Shown here: positions 39,564 to 54,544 of the stretch, piece after piece
Layout of the letters: each line of letters opens with the position of its first letter
Numbering within the stretch: position 1 is the stretch's first letter
Assembly: GCF_018350175.1 (NCBI RefSeq)
Contig: NC_058383.1
Coordinates: 22,260,001 to 22,324,000 of the forward strand
Origin: Felis catus
Taxonomy: Eukaryota
DNA length: 64,000 nt
Direction of reading: 5' to 3'
Program-made: the position numbers and the translations under genes
Notes under the pieces: generated by a model
Databases searched by the model: none
The model's input: the letters and a program-made list of their open reading frames with translations, nothing else
What the model was told of the DNA's origin: nothing

Positions 39564-40141
39564 AGGTGATAAGGAGAATTCACCTTGCAAGTATCAGGGT
39601 CTCAGTTTAAAGTATCTGAGGCCCTTGTCCCTGGAGCTTATTCCATTCCCTATGTCCTTCCCACGAGCCAATCTGTTTTCCTATTGCTAATTTCAGTAGG
39701 GTTTCTCTACTTTCAATTAAAAAAAATTGTGAAGCTTTACTTTTTCTCTGTAACCTGATATAGTTTAAAATGTACAGAAATCCTTCGTTCCTCTCAAGAG
39801 CATTTACCCACGAAGCCTATTATTCTGGGAGAAGAAAAGTTTCTTGGGCAATGTTCTCATTTCTTTTTTGGTTACTTGCCTATTCTGGTTTCCAATTTCT
39901 TCTTGAGACAAAATTGGCAAGTCAGAATTTCCTAGAAAATCGTCCATTTCAACCAGATTTTCAAACACATTTTTATACATATTCATACATTATATATATA
40001 ATATATATACACATTCTTTTTAATATATACATTCTTTTTAAATCTTCTATTTTCCTTTTATTAAATCTTTAACATTTAGCTCATGATTTATCATGTTTAA
40101 TATATTTCTTCATAAAGACCAGATTCAAAAACACAAAAGCA

Positions 40142-40275
40142 GGGGTACCTGGCTGGCTCAGTTGGTAGAGCACGTAACTCTTGATCTCAGGGTCATGAGT
40201 TCAAGCCCCACACTGGGTGTAGAGATTACTAAAGAAAATAAATAAACTTTTTAAAAAAATAAAATAAAAACACAA
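40142..40275 (+). mobile_element. Short CAN-SINE (no CT tract)
   Basis: gggtgtagagattact end; TSD aaaaacacaaaag. Confidence 0.85.
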
Positions 40276-43200
40276 AAGGATATATGCAATATTAGTGTGC
40301 ATCATCCTTAACTGCCCTGATCCAGTGATGTAATCAGGAAGATACAGGACATAGCAATGGCTTTTATTCAGCATATTGACTCTAAAGAATAAGAAATCAT
40401 TGCTAAGACCATAAAATGTTGACGAAAGTGTCTTTAGACAAACCTACAGAATCCTTTCGTAACTTCTGTACTGCCTGGCAGAGAGCCCCTGCTCAACAAG
40501 ATTAGTTATTATCATTGGCTATTATTCCTTGACAGGTCAGAAGGTAACTGGCATCCCTTCTTGAGTAGGAGAGACTCACCCAGGTATTAATAATAATTCA
40601 GAAACCATTTGTTCAGTGCCTTTTTTGTGCCAGACACTATTCTGGATGTGGCTCAAGTCTCACTGAATATTCACCAAAAAGGAACGATGATTTAGGTATT
40701 ATTTTCCCCATTTTAAAGATATGAACTAAGGACTACAGAACTTAAATTATTTTCCCAAGATCACTGGCACAGTAAGTAAATGGCAGCATTGAAATTCGAC
40801 ACCAAGGTTTTCTGGCTCCAAAGTCCAGGCTCTTTTCTCAGCATTGCACTCCAGACTTTGAGGTTTTATGTCAAGTAATGGAAATGGAGACAGCAATTAC
40901 CTCATAAGGGCATACTCTGGGTGGAGCACTGTACAGAATTATCAGTGCATTCATGATTAGGGGGTAGACAGAGCAATCGAAATGCCCTTAGCTACTTGTA
41001 CCCAAGGGCTCACCGTGTGGCGGGCAGTGTGCTAAGCACTTTCATGCAATGGCTTTTTAGTCCATTTGTTATTAATGCTACTGTGTTTGTTGTCAACCCC
41101 TTTTCATTTTAAGGATTTAAAAAAAATCATTACAACAAACCCATGTGGTTGGTACTAATATCCTAGTTTACGGATAAGGAAACTAAGACACAGAAAAGGA
41201 AAATGAGACACCCAAGTTCCCCAAATGACTTGCAGAGTCAGGACCTAGACTCTGATAGGTCTGCCTATAGAGTCCACAGTCCTAACCACCATTGTCTCTG
41301 GACATGATCAATAAATTACCTAGCTTCCCATTTGTAGCTGGAGATGTTTACATCCTATAGAAACCTGGGGCAGAGAAAAAATGAGATGCATTCCCGTATG
41401 AGGTTGTCTATCACTCTCTGAACCACACTGAGATCTGTGGATCTTTTACGAAGTCCAGTGTGACGGTTTCCAGGAATTCTGTTCTGTGGTGGCCTCTTGG
41501 GTCAATGGGATCTGAGTAGACTGACCAGAGATCCTTCCCCCACCACCCCCATGAAGAGTGGAGTCTATTCCTTTCCCACTTGAATCTGGGCTTGGCCGTG
41601 AAACTACTTTGTTTAGCAGGACATTATCAAACATGATGCGCAGGCTGAAAAAGCACCTATGTGTTGGGGCATGCTCTCTTGCTCTTCTTGGAACCCTGAA
41701 ACCACCATGTGAACAAGCCGGAGCTAGTTACCTGGCGGGGTGAGAGGTTATGTGGAGGAGAACCAAGGAACCCAGGCTGACAACCTGCTCACTGCCAGTC
41801 ATGTGAGTGGGGCCATCCTAGATCATCAGATATCCAGAGACACCGGCAAGAACCCTTTACATTTTGTGCCCGGGACAAGTACCTCACTTGACTCACCATA
41901 GTTCCAGCCCCAAGAGACAAGTCCTCTTTTCTTGTTCTAAGAAGATCTCCTGGGAGGCTGTGTATGTGGTTAGTATTCTAAGTGCTGGGTAACTATAATG
42001 TCATATGTAATGCTTATGGACCTCTCTACAAAATCCAAGAGACCACAGGATCGAGGGCTTCCAATGAGGAGGGACCAAGACCATGCCTGCAGATGACCAG
42101 AGGTAACACCCAGGAACTCTGCCATATTTTCAGGTCCCCCACTGGCGGATGCCTATTGTATTGTCTCTTCCCATTTGCGCTGAATGGTTGGATCGGCAAC
42201 TAAAGTCACTGGGACAGAGCCTGTTTGTCAAGTTTCCTCAGGTTAGCCTAGTAGGCCATAATGTGGAGCTATCTGTAGAAGAATGCCAACTACACAAAGT
42301 TCTACTAATATGCAGAATACTTCCTGGCTCAGACTGGGGTTAGAGTAGCAAAGGGGTAGAAGAAGGAAGGAGCCTAGCACATCCCTTTGCATAGATGGAG
42401 ACTGTGCTTGTCTGCTCCATGAGCTTGCTGCACACCAGGTCCTCCAAGGTCACACAGGAGGAGGGCATCCCTCCCTAACTGCATGACTCTTACAGGCAGC
42501 CAAAAGAGAGCCTGGCCAGGTTGGCGAGCAGGTGTGACCAGATCTTTAATCATGTCTCCAGCCACAGATGGGAAAAGGTCAATGAACTGAGTCAAGCCAG
42601 TTCAGGAGTCTGGACCGATTTATCATCCTTAGTGCCAACTGACCTTCTTGGAACTGTGTCCAGAGATAGAATCATTCCAAGTAGGCTGCCAAATCCTATG
42701 CATGCTAGCTGCAGGGAGTACTGTCTGCCATCCCCACACCCAAAGCAATGAATGGCTGCACTGCTCCATTCATACGCACAGGGGTCTCCTACCACTTAGG
42801 GAGCTTGCATGCCCCTAGGAAGGACTGCCAAATGGCAGGCAGGGGGCCTGTGAGTCCTTCAGAATCACTTGGTGGCCATCTGTCCTTGCTGCCCGCCCAG
42901 CATATATTCACTGTTATTCATTACCACCCGCCATCATCATCCTCACACATATAGCGCTTGCTATGTATCAGACACTTCTACAGATAAATACACACACTGG
43001 ATACTCATAACAAGAGTATCATTTTATCCATCTTTCAGCTGAGGAATCTCAGGCACAAACAGATGTAAGTACTTTACGTTGCCCAAGGTCACCATATCTG
43101 AGCCTAGGAATGCTGGCTCCATCCACAGTCTAGATTTTAACCAGTACACAATCCCTCTTCTCCAGTTCTCCTCTGAGGGACCACACCTCCCCGGCGCTCA

Positions 43201-44724
43201 GATCACCGAGTGGCCAACGGGGCCTCCACACCAGCAGTAGGCACATGACCAGACCTGGCCAGTCAGCATCCTTCTGGCTACAGGTAACCCACGGCACAAT
43301 GAGACTTCAGCCTTTGTCATTTGAACTGCAGCATCGATAAGACATAAGACCATAGGTATCTCAGCCCTCATGCTCCCTTAGGAGAAAAGCCTTTCTAAAA
43401 CAGGTACCAAGACAGGAAGCTTAGCCAAGAAAGGGAGAAAGGTCCTGAGGACCTCCTTCTGGTACCTTGATTCACTGTGTCTGAAGCCAGTCTCTCTACC
43501 CTTGGGCTTTTCAGCTTCAGGGACCAAAAGTTTCCCTTTCCACATAAACCAGTCTGAGCTGAGTGTCTGTCTTAGGCAACAGAAAAAAAAAGTCGATAGA
43601 TAGAGCCAAGATACAGGAAACATCATCCTCTTGGCTGCTGCATGAGACTGAAGCCTTGGGCTGCATGAACATTCAGAGCTGCATAATGGAGCCAGGATGA
43701 ACCCCCAAACTTCCCTGCTTATTATCCTGGGGAACGAGAGAAGGAATTGCATTAAAAGGGCCAGGAAGTGTGATGTAAGAGAACATGATGAACGGGCCCA
43801 TCTTCCTCTCTGCAGAGAAGTCTTGGTTGTTTCACGGTGAACTTTTGGAGTTCTTAAACCCAAGGACCACAGTTTCCGAGCAAAGGAACTGTCACCACAA
43901 GCTCTAGAGTGTTCATGTTGCTGTGGCGACAGTTACGCCCCTGATTTGCAGCGAAACGGCAGATGACCACTTACAGAAGGCCAACCCTGGTCGACAAATG
44001 CAATGACAGAAGGTAGTCACCACTCACGACTGGCCAGCCGTCGGCTGTCAGGTCTAAGTGGGTAAGGACCGACCCAGTAATGAAGACAATGCCACTGGGG
44101 GAAATTCCAGGAAGGTGAACCAAAGCAGGAACGAAGTAAGAGAGGCAGGGGTAGTAGCCACACACAGGGGACGCAGTTCATTACTGGGCCAAAGGAAGAG
44201 TGTGCGTGCTGCACAGTCCCACCAAGGCGTGTTCAGCTGCATGGAAAAGAACGCCCCCTAACAATGAGACTTTACTAAGAGGAGTTCCTCATCTCACATA
44301 CGCACTCCGGGCAGAAGAGAACTCAGAGTTGGCTCTGCAGCTCACCAGTGTCATCAATGACCCAGGTTCCTTCCACTCTTCTCCCCGACTCGGGATGAGT
44401 GCATCTCCCTCATTAACCCAAAGGTGCTGCCACAACTCCGTACATTATATCCTCCCACAAAAGTCCCCAACAGGAAAAAGGAAGGGATGTCTGCTCTTAT
44501 CAGAAAGTCCTTCCTAGAAGGCCTCCCCCAAGGGTCCCACTGAGCAGAACAGGATCACCTCGTCACTCACTAACTACAAGGGAGCCTGAGAGGCAAGTAT
44601 CAGGCATTTTCAGCTTTTGGCACGATAGCTGACATCTGCCAGAAAGAACACAGGGAGGGCTATGAACGGCTGTTGAGTAGGCTTTTGACGGTGTACCCCA
44701 AGCTTTGGGCCCCAAAGCCCCAAG

Positions 44725-44956
44725 GCTTTATTTGTTAATGTTTATTTATTTTGATAGAGAGAGAGACAGAGACAGAGACAGAGACAGAGCGTGGGTGGGG
44801 AGGGGCAGAGAGAGAGGGAGATACAGAATCCATAGCAGGCTCCAGGCTCCGAGCTGCCAGCACAGAGCCTGACGCAGGGTTCAAACCCACAAACTCTGTG
44901 ACCATGACCTGAGCTAAAGTCGGCCACTCAACCGACTGAGCCACCCAAGGCAACCC
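44725..44956 (-). mobile_element. CAN-SINE
   Basis: reverse SINE; aaggcttt flanks. Confidence 0.9.
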
Positions 44957-45559
44957 CCCACAAAGGCTTTTGTCATATCCTTATAGGGCTCATACAGTCA
45001 TTCACTATTAAGTTTCCTTAAATCAACTTATCTTTTGTTTAACCTAAATACCTTTATTTAGGTAGGAAATTTTACATCCCTACTGTAAATTCAAAAACCA
45101 CTACCAGACACATTTTTCTAATCTATATTAAAATAAGTTCATAATGATTAAAATAAAAGTTATTTGCCTGTTTTACCCAGCAGGACCCCCTGCCCCACCC
45201 ATAATAGCCAGACTTTGGGACACACATAGCAGGGTAAACTCCTTTCCTCCTAATTCTTGGGCCCTGGTATCAGGAATCCCCTCACAAACTTCTATAAAGT
45301 GCATCGTAAGGTACCGTCCTGACTACATTTTTACAGTAGTGGGAACAATCTAGCATCTGACCACCAGTCTCCATGCCCTGCCCCCCCCCCAAAGATGAAG
45401 ACATTTAGCAAAACCATAAGAGGGGAACTAGCTGGCTTCCTAGGAAGTCACACCCCACTCCCAAAATGCTTTGTTTTATCCTTTCCGCTAAAATGAAAAA
45501 TGTCTCAGAGGCTGAAGGGACCACCTCATGCCTTGGAATAAGAACAGTCCAACTTTTTT

Positions 45560-45770
45560 GGGGGCACCTGGGTGGCTCAGTCGGTTAAATGTCCAACTTC
45601 AGCTCAGGTCACGATCTCACGGTTTGTGAGTTTGAGCCCCATGTCGGCTCTGTGCTGACAGCTCAGAGCCTGGAGTCTGCTTCAGATTCTGTGTCTTCCT
45701 CTCTCTCTGCCCCTCCCATGCTCATGCTCTGTCTCTCTCTGTCTCAAAAATAAATAAACGTTAAAAAAAA
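45560..45770 (+). mobile_element. CAN-SINE about 120 nt from the exon 3 donor
   Basis: TSD agtccaactttttt. Confidence 0.92.
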
Positions 45771-45887
45771 AAGTCCAACTTTTTTTTTTTTTGGTGGGGG
45801 GCGTCTAAGCATACTCCTATTTACCCAAAAGGAGGCACTGACTATGGGCTGAGAGAGGTGACGGGTGACCAACGCCCCATTACTTAC

Positions 45888-45970
45888 ATCAGAGGCTGGG
45901 CCTTTGTCAGCGCCTGGGCAGGAGAAAGTGACAAATTCATGGCACCGCTTGTGCACGACGAAACAGCAGA
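45888..45970 (-). CDS. PRKCB: PRKCB coding exon (likely exon 3), second half of C1A domain, 83 nt
   Basis: Minus strand ttttgcag|TC TGC TGT TTC...GCC TCT GAT|gtaagt encodes (V)[27 protein letters not shown], matching PKC beta; phase 1 to 0. Confidence 0.97.
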
Positions 45971-46657
45971 CTGCAAAAGACAAAATAAGGGTAGGAGGAA
46001 GGGAGGAAGGGAAGTGGAGAGGGAGGAGAGAGGGAAAAGGGGGAAGAGATCATTAAACCTGACTTCTCAAAGAGCAAAGGCTTTTACACCAAAATAAACA
46101 ATGACATCAGCTTCCACACCTTACCCTTTTTTGAAGCCAAACCCTTGGGTACCCTCCTGCCGCATCTTGCAAAAGTGTTAAACTAGGGGTTCAAGAGATC
46201 ACAGCCGCTCAAAATGACAACCCTCCCCCTCCCCAAAGATCACTTAAGCTGTCTGGTCTTGCGCTGGTTTTGAAACAGAATGTGATCTCTTAGATTGGGC
46301 ACCACAAGATGCCGTCAGCTCATGTTTAGATCCAGAATGCATAAGAAATACATGTCTTTAAACACGAGAATCACACTCAGAGACTGACATGCATAAGAGG
46401 AAGGGCCGTGCAGAAAAACAAAGTAAGCAGAAATGGCAGACCCGTGACCCCGCTCACCCAGAAGCAATGCCAACTATAAGTGCAAGAAAAAGCCACAATG
46501 TTCACATTGTTACTACAGTAGTTTGTAACCAAATACATGCATACCTATATTTGAACTTGTATGAGTTAAATGCATCTATGATATGGCTCCACTATCTGGG
46601 AATTACACACTCGGGGGAAGGGGCAGTCAGAGGCCGTATGCAAGATAAAACTGATTT

Positions 46658-49212
46658 GGGGGGCACCTGGGTGGCTCAGTTGGTTGGGCGTCCAACTCTT
46701 GATTTCAGCTCAAGTCACCATTGCAGGGTCATGGGATTGATCATGAAGCCTGCTTAAGATTCTTTCTCTCCCCCTCCCCTCTCCCCCACTCACACACTCT
46801 CTCTCTCTAAAATAAAAAAAAAATTTAAACTGATTTTTGTTGGTGTGTTTCAAATCTACCTTTACAAACTCCAAACTGTGGCTTCCTGGAGGACGCATGC
46901 CACACTGCAGGAACCACCTCAGAATCTTTCCAAGGAATATTCTCAGCGAATGAAACAGGCCAGGAAAGCTCAAGACTATCCCTAGTGATACAGTGAACAT
47001 GGGCAACCATCACCAGTGGCTGTTAACATCACAAAAAGACTCGGCCTGCCTACTGATGAAAGTTACCACGAAGTACTCACCACCTACCCAAGTACTCTGG
47101 CCAAAATAATCAAGCCTGAATCATCAGTTCAAGCATTTGGATCCAACTACCGATTTACAGAAAATACAAGTGACAGAGACACATATTAAATGACATCACA
47201 GGGAGGCAATGAGGAAAGAAATTTTTTTAATTTTTATTTATTTTTGAGAGAGAGAGAGCACACGGGGGAGGGGCAGAGGGAGAGGGAGACATAGAATCAG
47301 AAGCAGGCACCAGGCTCTGAGCCATCAGCACACAGCCCCATGTGGGACTCGAATTCACAAACTGCAAGATCCTGACCTGAGGGGAAGTCGGACGCTTAAG
47401 GGACTGAGCCACCCAGGCGCCCCACAGGAAAAATTGTTTTAATATACAACATTGTAGAAAAACTACAAGACAACCAAATGGTTTCTTCAACAAAGTAGTT
47501 GCAAAGAGGACAGGAGAGACTTTTAGAAAAGTTAAGCTCTTCTGCAGGATACTATAGGGGTGGGGACACTTATGGAATGTACAACACAAAGTGGGAAACC
47601 TAATATACACTGTGCTTTTAGTTACTAACAGTGTACCCACAGCAGCTCATCAATTGTAACAAATGTACCACACTACTGACAGATTTTTTTAAGTGCTTTA
47701 CATATATTACTTTGTTTGATACTTTAAGGCCTTTTGTTATTTTAATTGAGATATAACTGACATGTAACATTATTATTAATTTCAGTGTACAAAATAACGA
47801 TTCGATGTTTGTATATACTGCAAAGCAATCACCCAAATGCCTAGTTAACATCCATCACCCCACAGTGTTACCAATTTTTTCTTGTGATGAGATCTTTTAA
47901 GATCTTCTCTCCCAGTAACTTTCAAATATACAATATAGTGCTATTAACTGTAATCACCACACACAGTACATGACATGCCCAGAACTTAATTCTTTTGACC
48001 ACCTCCATCCCCTGCCTCTGGCACCAACCAAATTGTTCTCTGTGTCTATGAACTTGGTTTTTGTTTTTGTTTTTAAGATTCCACATCTAAGTGAGATTAC
48101 ACTGTATTTACCTTTCTCTGTCTGACTGATCTCATTTGCAAGATGTTGATAATAGAGAAACTGAGGGGGGATAGGGTTGAGGAAGCATATGGGAACTCTC
48201 TGTACTTTCTTAATTTTTTTATTTTTTATTTTAGAGAGAGAGCGTGCAAGCAGGGGAGAGGGACAGAGGGAGACAGAGAGACAATCTTAAGCAGGCTGCA
48301 CTCAGCACGGAGCCCAACACAGGGCTCAGTCTCATGACCCTGGGATCGCGATCTGAGCGGAAATCAAGAGTTGGACGTTCAACCAACTGAGCCACCCAAG
48401 CGCCCCAGAACTCTCTGTACTTTCTTAGCAAGTTTTCTGTATATTTAAAACTGTTGCACCAGCTTCGGATTCTGTGTTTCCCTCTCTCTCTGCCCCTCCC
48501 TGCTCGCACTTTGTCTCTCAAAAATAAATAAGCATTAGAAAAAAAAATTAAAACTGTTCCAAAAGAAAAAAAAAACTGCAAGAAGTAAAGAGTAGGGCGG
48601 AGAAGCAACTTATATATTCAAAGAGATTTAAGAAACTTATCAACTAAATGCAATATGTGGACCCTGTTTAGATCCCAGTTTAAATAAGTTACTAGTCTGG
48701 ACAATAATGAAATAATCAGGAAAATGGATACATTCACTTTGTGATGATAAGAGGGAATTACTGCTATGGATAGGGGATTAAAATTTTTTTGATGTGGTTA
48801 TTTTTTTGTTAAAGAATCCTCATCTTTGAGGCTACATCCTGAAATCTCTATGGATAAAATGATTTAATTAAAATAATTAAGCATGACAGGAAGGAGATAG
48901 AGAGGGAAGGGTTATAGATGGGAAAAAAAATTAGTCATGACTAATTATTTGAACCTGAATGATGGACACATGAGGATTCATTATACTAAGCAGTCTACTT
49001 TAATTTTTTTTAATGTTTTATTTATTTTTGAGACAGAGAGAGACAGAGCATGAACAAGGGAGAGGCAGAGAGAGAGAGACACAGAATCTGAAGCAGGCTC
49101 CAGGCTCTGAGCTGTCAGCACAGAGCCCGACTCAGGGCTCGAACTCACAAACCACAAGATCATGACCTGAGTCGAAGTCGGATGCCCAACCGACTGAGCC
49201 ACCCAGGTGCCT
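46658..49212. mobile_element. L1 relics with CAN-SINEs (46658-46825 +, 47222-47423 -, 48213-48406 -, 48461-48550 + truncated, 48998-49212 -)
   Basis: SINE bodies with TSDs such as aagcagtctacttt and aaaactgtt; carnivore L1 3'UTR on the minus strand at about 47735-48135. Confidence 0.8.
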
Positions 49213-49402
49213 GAAGCAGTCTACTTTCATATATGTTTGGTATTTTCCACAATGCAAAAATTTTAAATCCTCATGGTTGGGAACCAAGAAGAGGTCCAAA
49301 GGAGGCAACTTCTTTCTCCTTTACTTACTCCCTTTTCTGTTTTAATAGTTACTGTATTTTATGAGTCATATATACTTTGTATAAAGATGTTTGTGTTAAA
49401 CA

Positions 49403-49430
<28 letters not shown>
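49403..49430. repeat. (GT)14 microsatellite
   Basis: direct read. Confidence 0.95.
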
Positions 49431-49433
<3 letters not shown>

Positions 49434-49530
49434 GCTCTGGGCCTATATGTCTATGAATGCCAAGAGAAATATATGAACAATGGTCAACAGAAGCCAGGGA
49501 TGGTTATCTCTGGGCAGTAGGATTGCCAGT

Positions 49531-49966
49531 TGCAGGAGCCAGACTTACGACATCTGGACAAATTTGCCATGATGACTGCCCTGTGACCTTGAAGCCTTCT
49601 TGAGCACAGCCCCCAGCCTCATTCTTTCTGTTTTGTTCAACCACACCCTCAAGGACACGGGTGGAACATAATGTTCTTGTTGTGCTCTGGAGATAGGACT
49701 ATGACACACAATTCTGCTTGAGTGTCTCTCCCAGGTGGTCTACTAACGCATACTCCCCAGCCTCTGGGGCTATGAAAGCAGGGCTTGTGGAGGTTGGGGC
49801 TGTGGAGATCTACTCATCCTGCAGCCACCCAAGACCTGCTTCTGTCTGTAAGTCCCCTTGCTGAATCATTTCTTACCAAGCTGGATTTGGCTTTTTTCCC
49901 CCTTTGGTCCTGTGACTCCTTCAGCCTTTAGAGGTCATTTTGCATACACCTCCTTTCCACAGAACA
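49531..49966 (+). mobile_element. ERVL-type solo LTR (MER54-like) inserted in an L1ME 3'UTR
   Basis: TG...CA termini, 5-bp TSD ccagt/ccaat, end tttgcatacacctcctttccacagaaca. Confidence 0.65.
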
Positions 49967-49969
49967 CCA

Positions 49970-52560
49970 ATTATGTCCACTTTCAACCTTACATTTTTCT
50001 ATATTGTTCAAAGTGTTTACAATGAGTAAATATTAGTTATATAATCAGGAAAATAAGCTTATTTCCATTTTGAAACAAAACCAAGAGTCAAAGAAAAACA
50101 CAGGTCAGGGAATGAAAAATATTATTGCCAGAACTGGAAACTCAGGGGTTGGGGTGATAGCTGAATAGACACGGCTAAAGAGGAATTTAGCAAACTGGAA
50201 GTCTAAATTGAGGGACTGCCCCAGAATTCAACAAAAGGTGTGGGAAGGCATAGAAGAAATGATACAAACATGGAGGATAGATCCAAACATTTTAATATCC
50301 ATCTAAATGGATGTTCAAGAGAGAACAGAGAGAATGGTAAAGGTGCAATCAAAGAAAATAGAAAAAGAAAATTCCCTAAAGATTAAGAAGAATTTGAGTC
50401 ATTAATTTGAAAGAAACAATCAAGCAAGCATCAGTATGTATAAAGGAAGAAAAGACTGAGAGTGACAGTATCTGGGATCATTCCAACATGTCCAGCAGGG
50501 GCAGGAAGAGAGGAGGGGGAAGACTACCAAAAAAGGAACCAAAATAATTTTGACATCTGATTTCTCATCTGCAATTCTGAATTCGTGAATATGATAGAGC
50601 AGTATCTTCAAAGGCTTAGGAAAATTCATTTCAACTGAAAACCTCATACGAAGCCAAAATGGCATTCAAATGAAGGTTCAAAATAAAGACATTTCCAAAT
50701 ACAGGGACCTAGAAAATTTACTTCCCACAAAAGGAGTACTAGAGTATATACACCCCACAAAACAATAACCCCACCAAAAAATGAATGAAAAGAGGCATAA
50801 GAAACAGTAGTGAAAGAAAGAACAAAAACAAAGAGGGAGGGCCGCCTGGCCCACTCAGTTGGTAAAGCACACCACTCTTGACCTCAGGGTTGTTAAGTTC
50901 AAGCCGCACATTGGGTGTAGAGATTAGTTTTTTTTTTTTAATCTTTAAAAAAAACACACACACACAAAGGGAGTGAGGAGGAGGAAGACTCTAAGTCATA
51001 AGAAATGGGGGTGGGAGAAGGGCTGTAACACTGAGATGTGCAAAGAGTCTTGTCTTATTCCTCAAGAGGTTATGGATACTGAGAAGGCACATATAAGACA
51101 CTGTAAGCTTGAAATATATGTGCTAACAATTAGGAACAAGAATAGAAATATTACGTATAATTTTCAGACTACTGAAAGAAAAAACTGGACAAAGAAAACT
51201 CAATCCAACTACACTTGAAAGGGCCCTCCCACACGCCCAAATTTCATATTAATATTATATTCTTTTCTTTTTTTACTCCTGTATAGAATGACTTGCACTT
51301 CAAATTCTTTAATCCATCTGTAATTTCTTGGCACCTGATGTGCATGGGAATCTACTTTGCCTTTTTTTTTTTTTTGTCCAAATAGGTGATCAGTTGTCCC
51401 AATGTGTTTCATTGATAATCCATCCCTTCCTATACCCTGGGGTCTGTCTCTGGACCTTCTGTTCTCTTCCACTGGTGTGTCTTAGAGCACAGCAGGGTGA
51501 GTTTTAATTATAGTAGCTTTATAATATGTTACATCTCGGCAGGGCAAGTCCTCTCTCATTATCCTTACATCCAACATTTTCTTGGCAATCACTGCGTGTT
51601 TATTCTTCCAAGTGAACTTTAGAATCAGTTTACCAAGCTTTTAAAAATACCAATGGAATTCTTATTGGAATTGTGTTTAGTCAACCACCCCCCACAAAGA
51701 AATATTCACTGGAACTTTGTTTGAAATTGTCTCAAATTTAGAAAAGTGTCAAGAGAGCTGACACTTCTACAAACAATGAGTCTTTCTATCAGGAATAGGG
51801 TGTCCCCTTGTTAAAATCTGACTTTGTGTCATTTAATGAAGTCTTCAATTTTCTCCACAGGTCCTACACATTTCTCATTTAGTATGAGTCGAGGGAACCT
51901 TTTTTTACGCAATTGTGATTTGGACATTTTTTTCCATTTTATTTTCCAACTGGTGATGGTTTACAAATAGAGAAACAATATATTTATTTTGTAAGCAATT
52001 TTTTAAACTCTTAATAGTTTTTTTCTGGGTTTCAGTTGCTTTCTTTGAGGTTTCTAGAAAAAGAAACATATTAGACCCATTAATAATATTTTTTTTTCCT
52101 CTCTGATAGATAACACCTCTTTTCTTTCCTTATCTTTCCCCCTCCTTCTCATATTTCCACGTCTGTAACTTTCAGAACAACGTGGAAAAAAGGGGATGAA
52201 AACAGACAGCCCTGCCCATTCTGAACTTTTACCAGCTTTACCTCTCCCTCACTCTCTTCTCAAACTAATTCTTAGAATTTATACTTCCCTTGGGAACTGT
52301 CCATAGTGTTCTCCTCAGTGTATGTCCACTGTGTCCGCTCATCTGGGATGATAATATGCACCTTCTCATTCTTTCTTCACATTGTATTTTTAGGTAGTTT
52401 CTCTTTTTATTTTTTCCAGAGATTTGTCCCATTCATTGTCTATTTGATTTTTCTACCATTAGAGATGCAAATCATGGATATGTTTCTGAATTCAACTGCT
52501 TTTTTTCTACATTATTCATTGCTACTTTTATTTTTATTGCCCTGCTTATTTTAATTGTAC
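49970..52560. mobile_element. Ancient L1 relics in both orientations, with a short SINE at 50838-50950
   Basis: A-rich ORF1-like stretch followed by T-rich ORF2-like stretch. Confidence 0.55.
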
Positions 52561-52888
52561 TACTTATCCATATTTGTTATTGCATTACTTCCTAGTTAGG
52601 AGGATGAATTCTGGAGTCAGGTGGCGAGGTGTGGATCCTGGGCACATTATCTTATCTCCCTAGGCCTCAGTTTCTTCTCTGGAAAATGACGGTGATAATA
52701 ACAGCAACTATATTACAAGGGTGTTGTCAGAATTAAGTCAGTTAATACATGCTCAGAACTGTGCCGAGGATATCAGGAGTATTCATCAAATGTCTGCTGC
52801 TATTATTTATAGTTCTTTCTCAAGCTTCTTGAATGAACAGCTCAGTTAATTTATTCCCGTTCTTCTTCATTAAAAATTCAAGACTTTT

Positions 52889-53055
52889 GGGTGCCTGGGA
52901 GGCTCAGTTGGTTGAGCATCCAACTTCGGATCAGGTCATTATCTCGCAGTTTGTGGGGTGGAGCCCCACATCAGGCTCTGTGCTGACAGCTCAGAGCCTG
53001 GATCCTGTTTCAGATTCCGCGTCCCCTCCCCCTCTCTCTTCTCCTCCCCTGCTGG

Positions 53056-53086
<31 letters not shown>

Positions 53087-53340
53087 AGAAATAATAAATA
53101 GATAAACTTAAAAAAAAAATTAGGGGCACCTGAGTGACTCAGTCAATTAAGTGTCTGACTTCGGCTCAGGTCATGACCTCACGGTCTGAGAGTTCAAGCC
53201 CCACATCAGGCCCTGTGTTGACAGCTCAGAGCCTGAAGCCTGCTTCAGATTCTGTGTCTCCCTCTCTCTCTGCCCCTCCCCTGTTCATGCTCTGTCTCTC
53301 TGTCTCTATCTCAATAAACAAACACTAAATTTTTTTTTAA
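52889..53340 (+). mobile_element. Two tandem CAN-SINEs
   Basis: heads at about 52889 and 53123. Confidence 0.9.
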
Positions 53341-54544
53341 TTAAAGATTTTAAAGCTAAAACTTCCCTTTCAAGTACAGCTTTGGTGGCATTGTATGTTT
53401 TATACTGAGTTGCCATTTTTAAGTTACTAAGTGGTCTCTTTCGGTTCTAATTTCAACCCAGAACTGTTTAGAGAAGTTCTTCCCCACCACCGCCATTTAC
53501 AAGTAGTCACTGTGGTCTAGAATCTTTCTTCAAAACATCTAAAATCTCAGTTAAGATCTTATTCATCCTTAGTCTCTTTAAGGGGGCAGGGTGCAGGATT
53601 CATCTCTACTTTCCTAGTGTCTGCTCCAATTCCTGGCACATAAGCGATACTTAGTAAACCAGTGTTTTGTGAATCAGTGAAAAAAAGAGCGAATTACCAT
53701 CAGCCACAGAAGAAAAAGAAAGCCCAATCAACCAACCTCTTGGTAACACGGAGCTCTGGCAAGCCTTCCACAGCCCACCACCATGAACAGGGATAGAAGT
53801 ACAGCGGCCATTGTCAAGGTCCTTTAAGGGAGCCTTCCAACTGACCACAGAAATAATCCATTGCCACCAAGCTAGAATCAATGCGCCAAGTGACTTGGCT
53901 ACACTCCAGCCTACTCCATGGAGAAGCTGGGAACATACTGGAACATCGATGAGCTTCTGATACAGGTACCTCCTTTACACAATGCGTTTCTGGAAGTTGT
54001 GTAAATCAAATTCCCCGTTAACTACAACACTATAAAGAAAAGTAGTAAGGCTGGCTATTTAAAGAAACAAACTAAATCCTTTTGTGATACAAATAAACAC
54101 CCCCTCATTTCTGTTTGGCAAATTCAGGGTAAAATCAGTTTTTCTTTAAAAAGAGACAACATTTACTGAGCTGTGAAACACACACCAGGTCCTACTTTCA
54201 AACAGGTACTTGGTGAGAGCCAAGAATTCCTAGATCCTTCATGGTTTATTCAACAGCTCCTTGCTCTGCAGAAGTTAAAAGCCCGCAGCCCACAGCCCTC
54301 AGCCCTCAGAATCCAGCCTGTAGCCATGCTTCACTGGGACTATACAATGGAGTCTCAAACTCAAATGCCTGGGGGCCAGGTGAGCAACGAAACTGTCCAA
54401 GGGTCAGGTGGAAGAATGCATGCATGACCTAAAAGGGAAAATTAGGACTCAGCTCTAGTAGGGAATGAGATGAAAGGTCCCAGCTCTATCCACCTCCGCC
54501 CCTCCCTTTTTACATGTAAGATCGTGAAGGTCACAGGCCAGCTC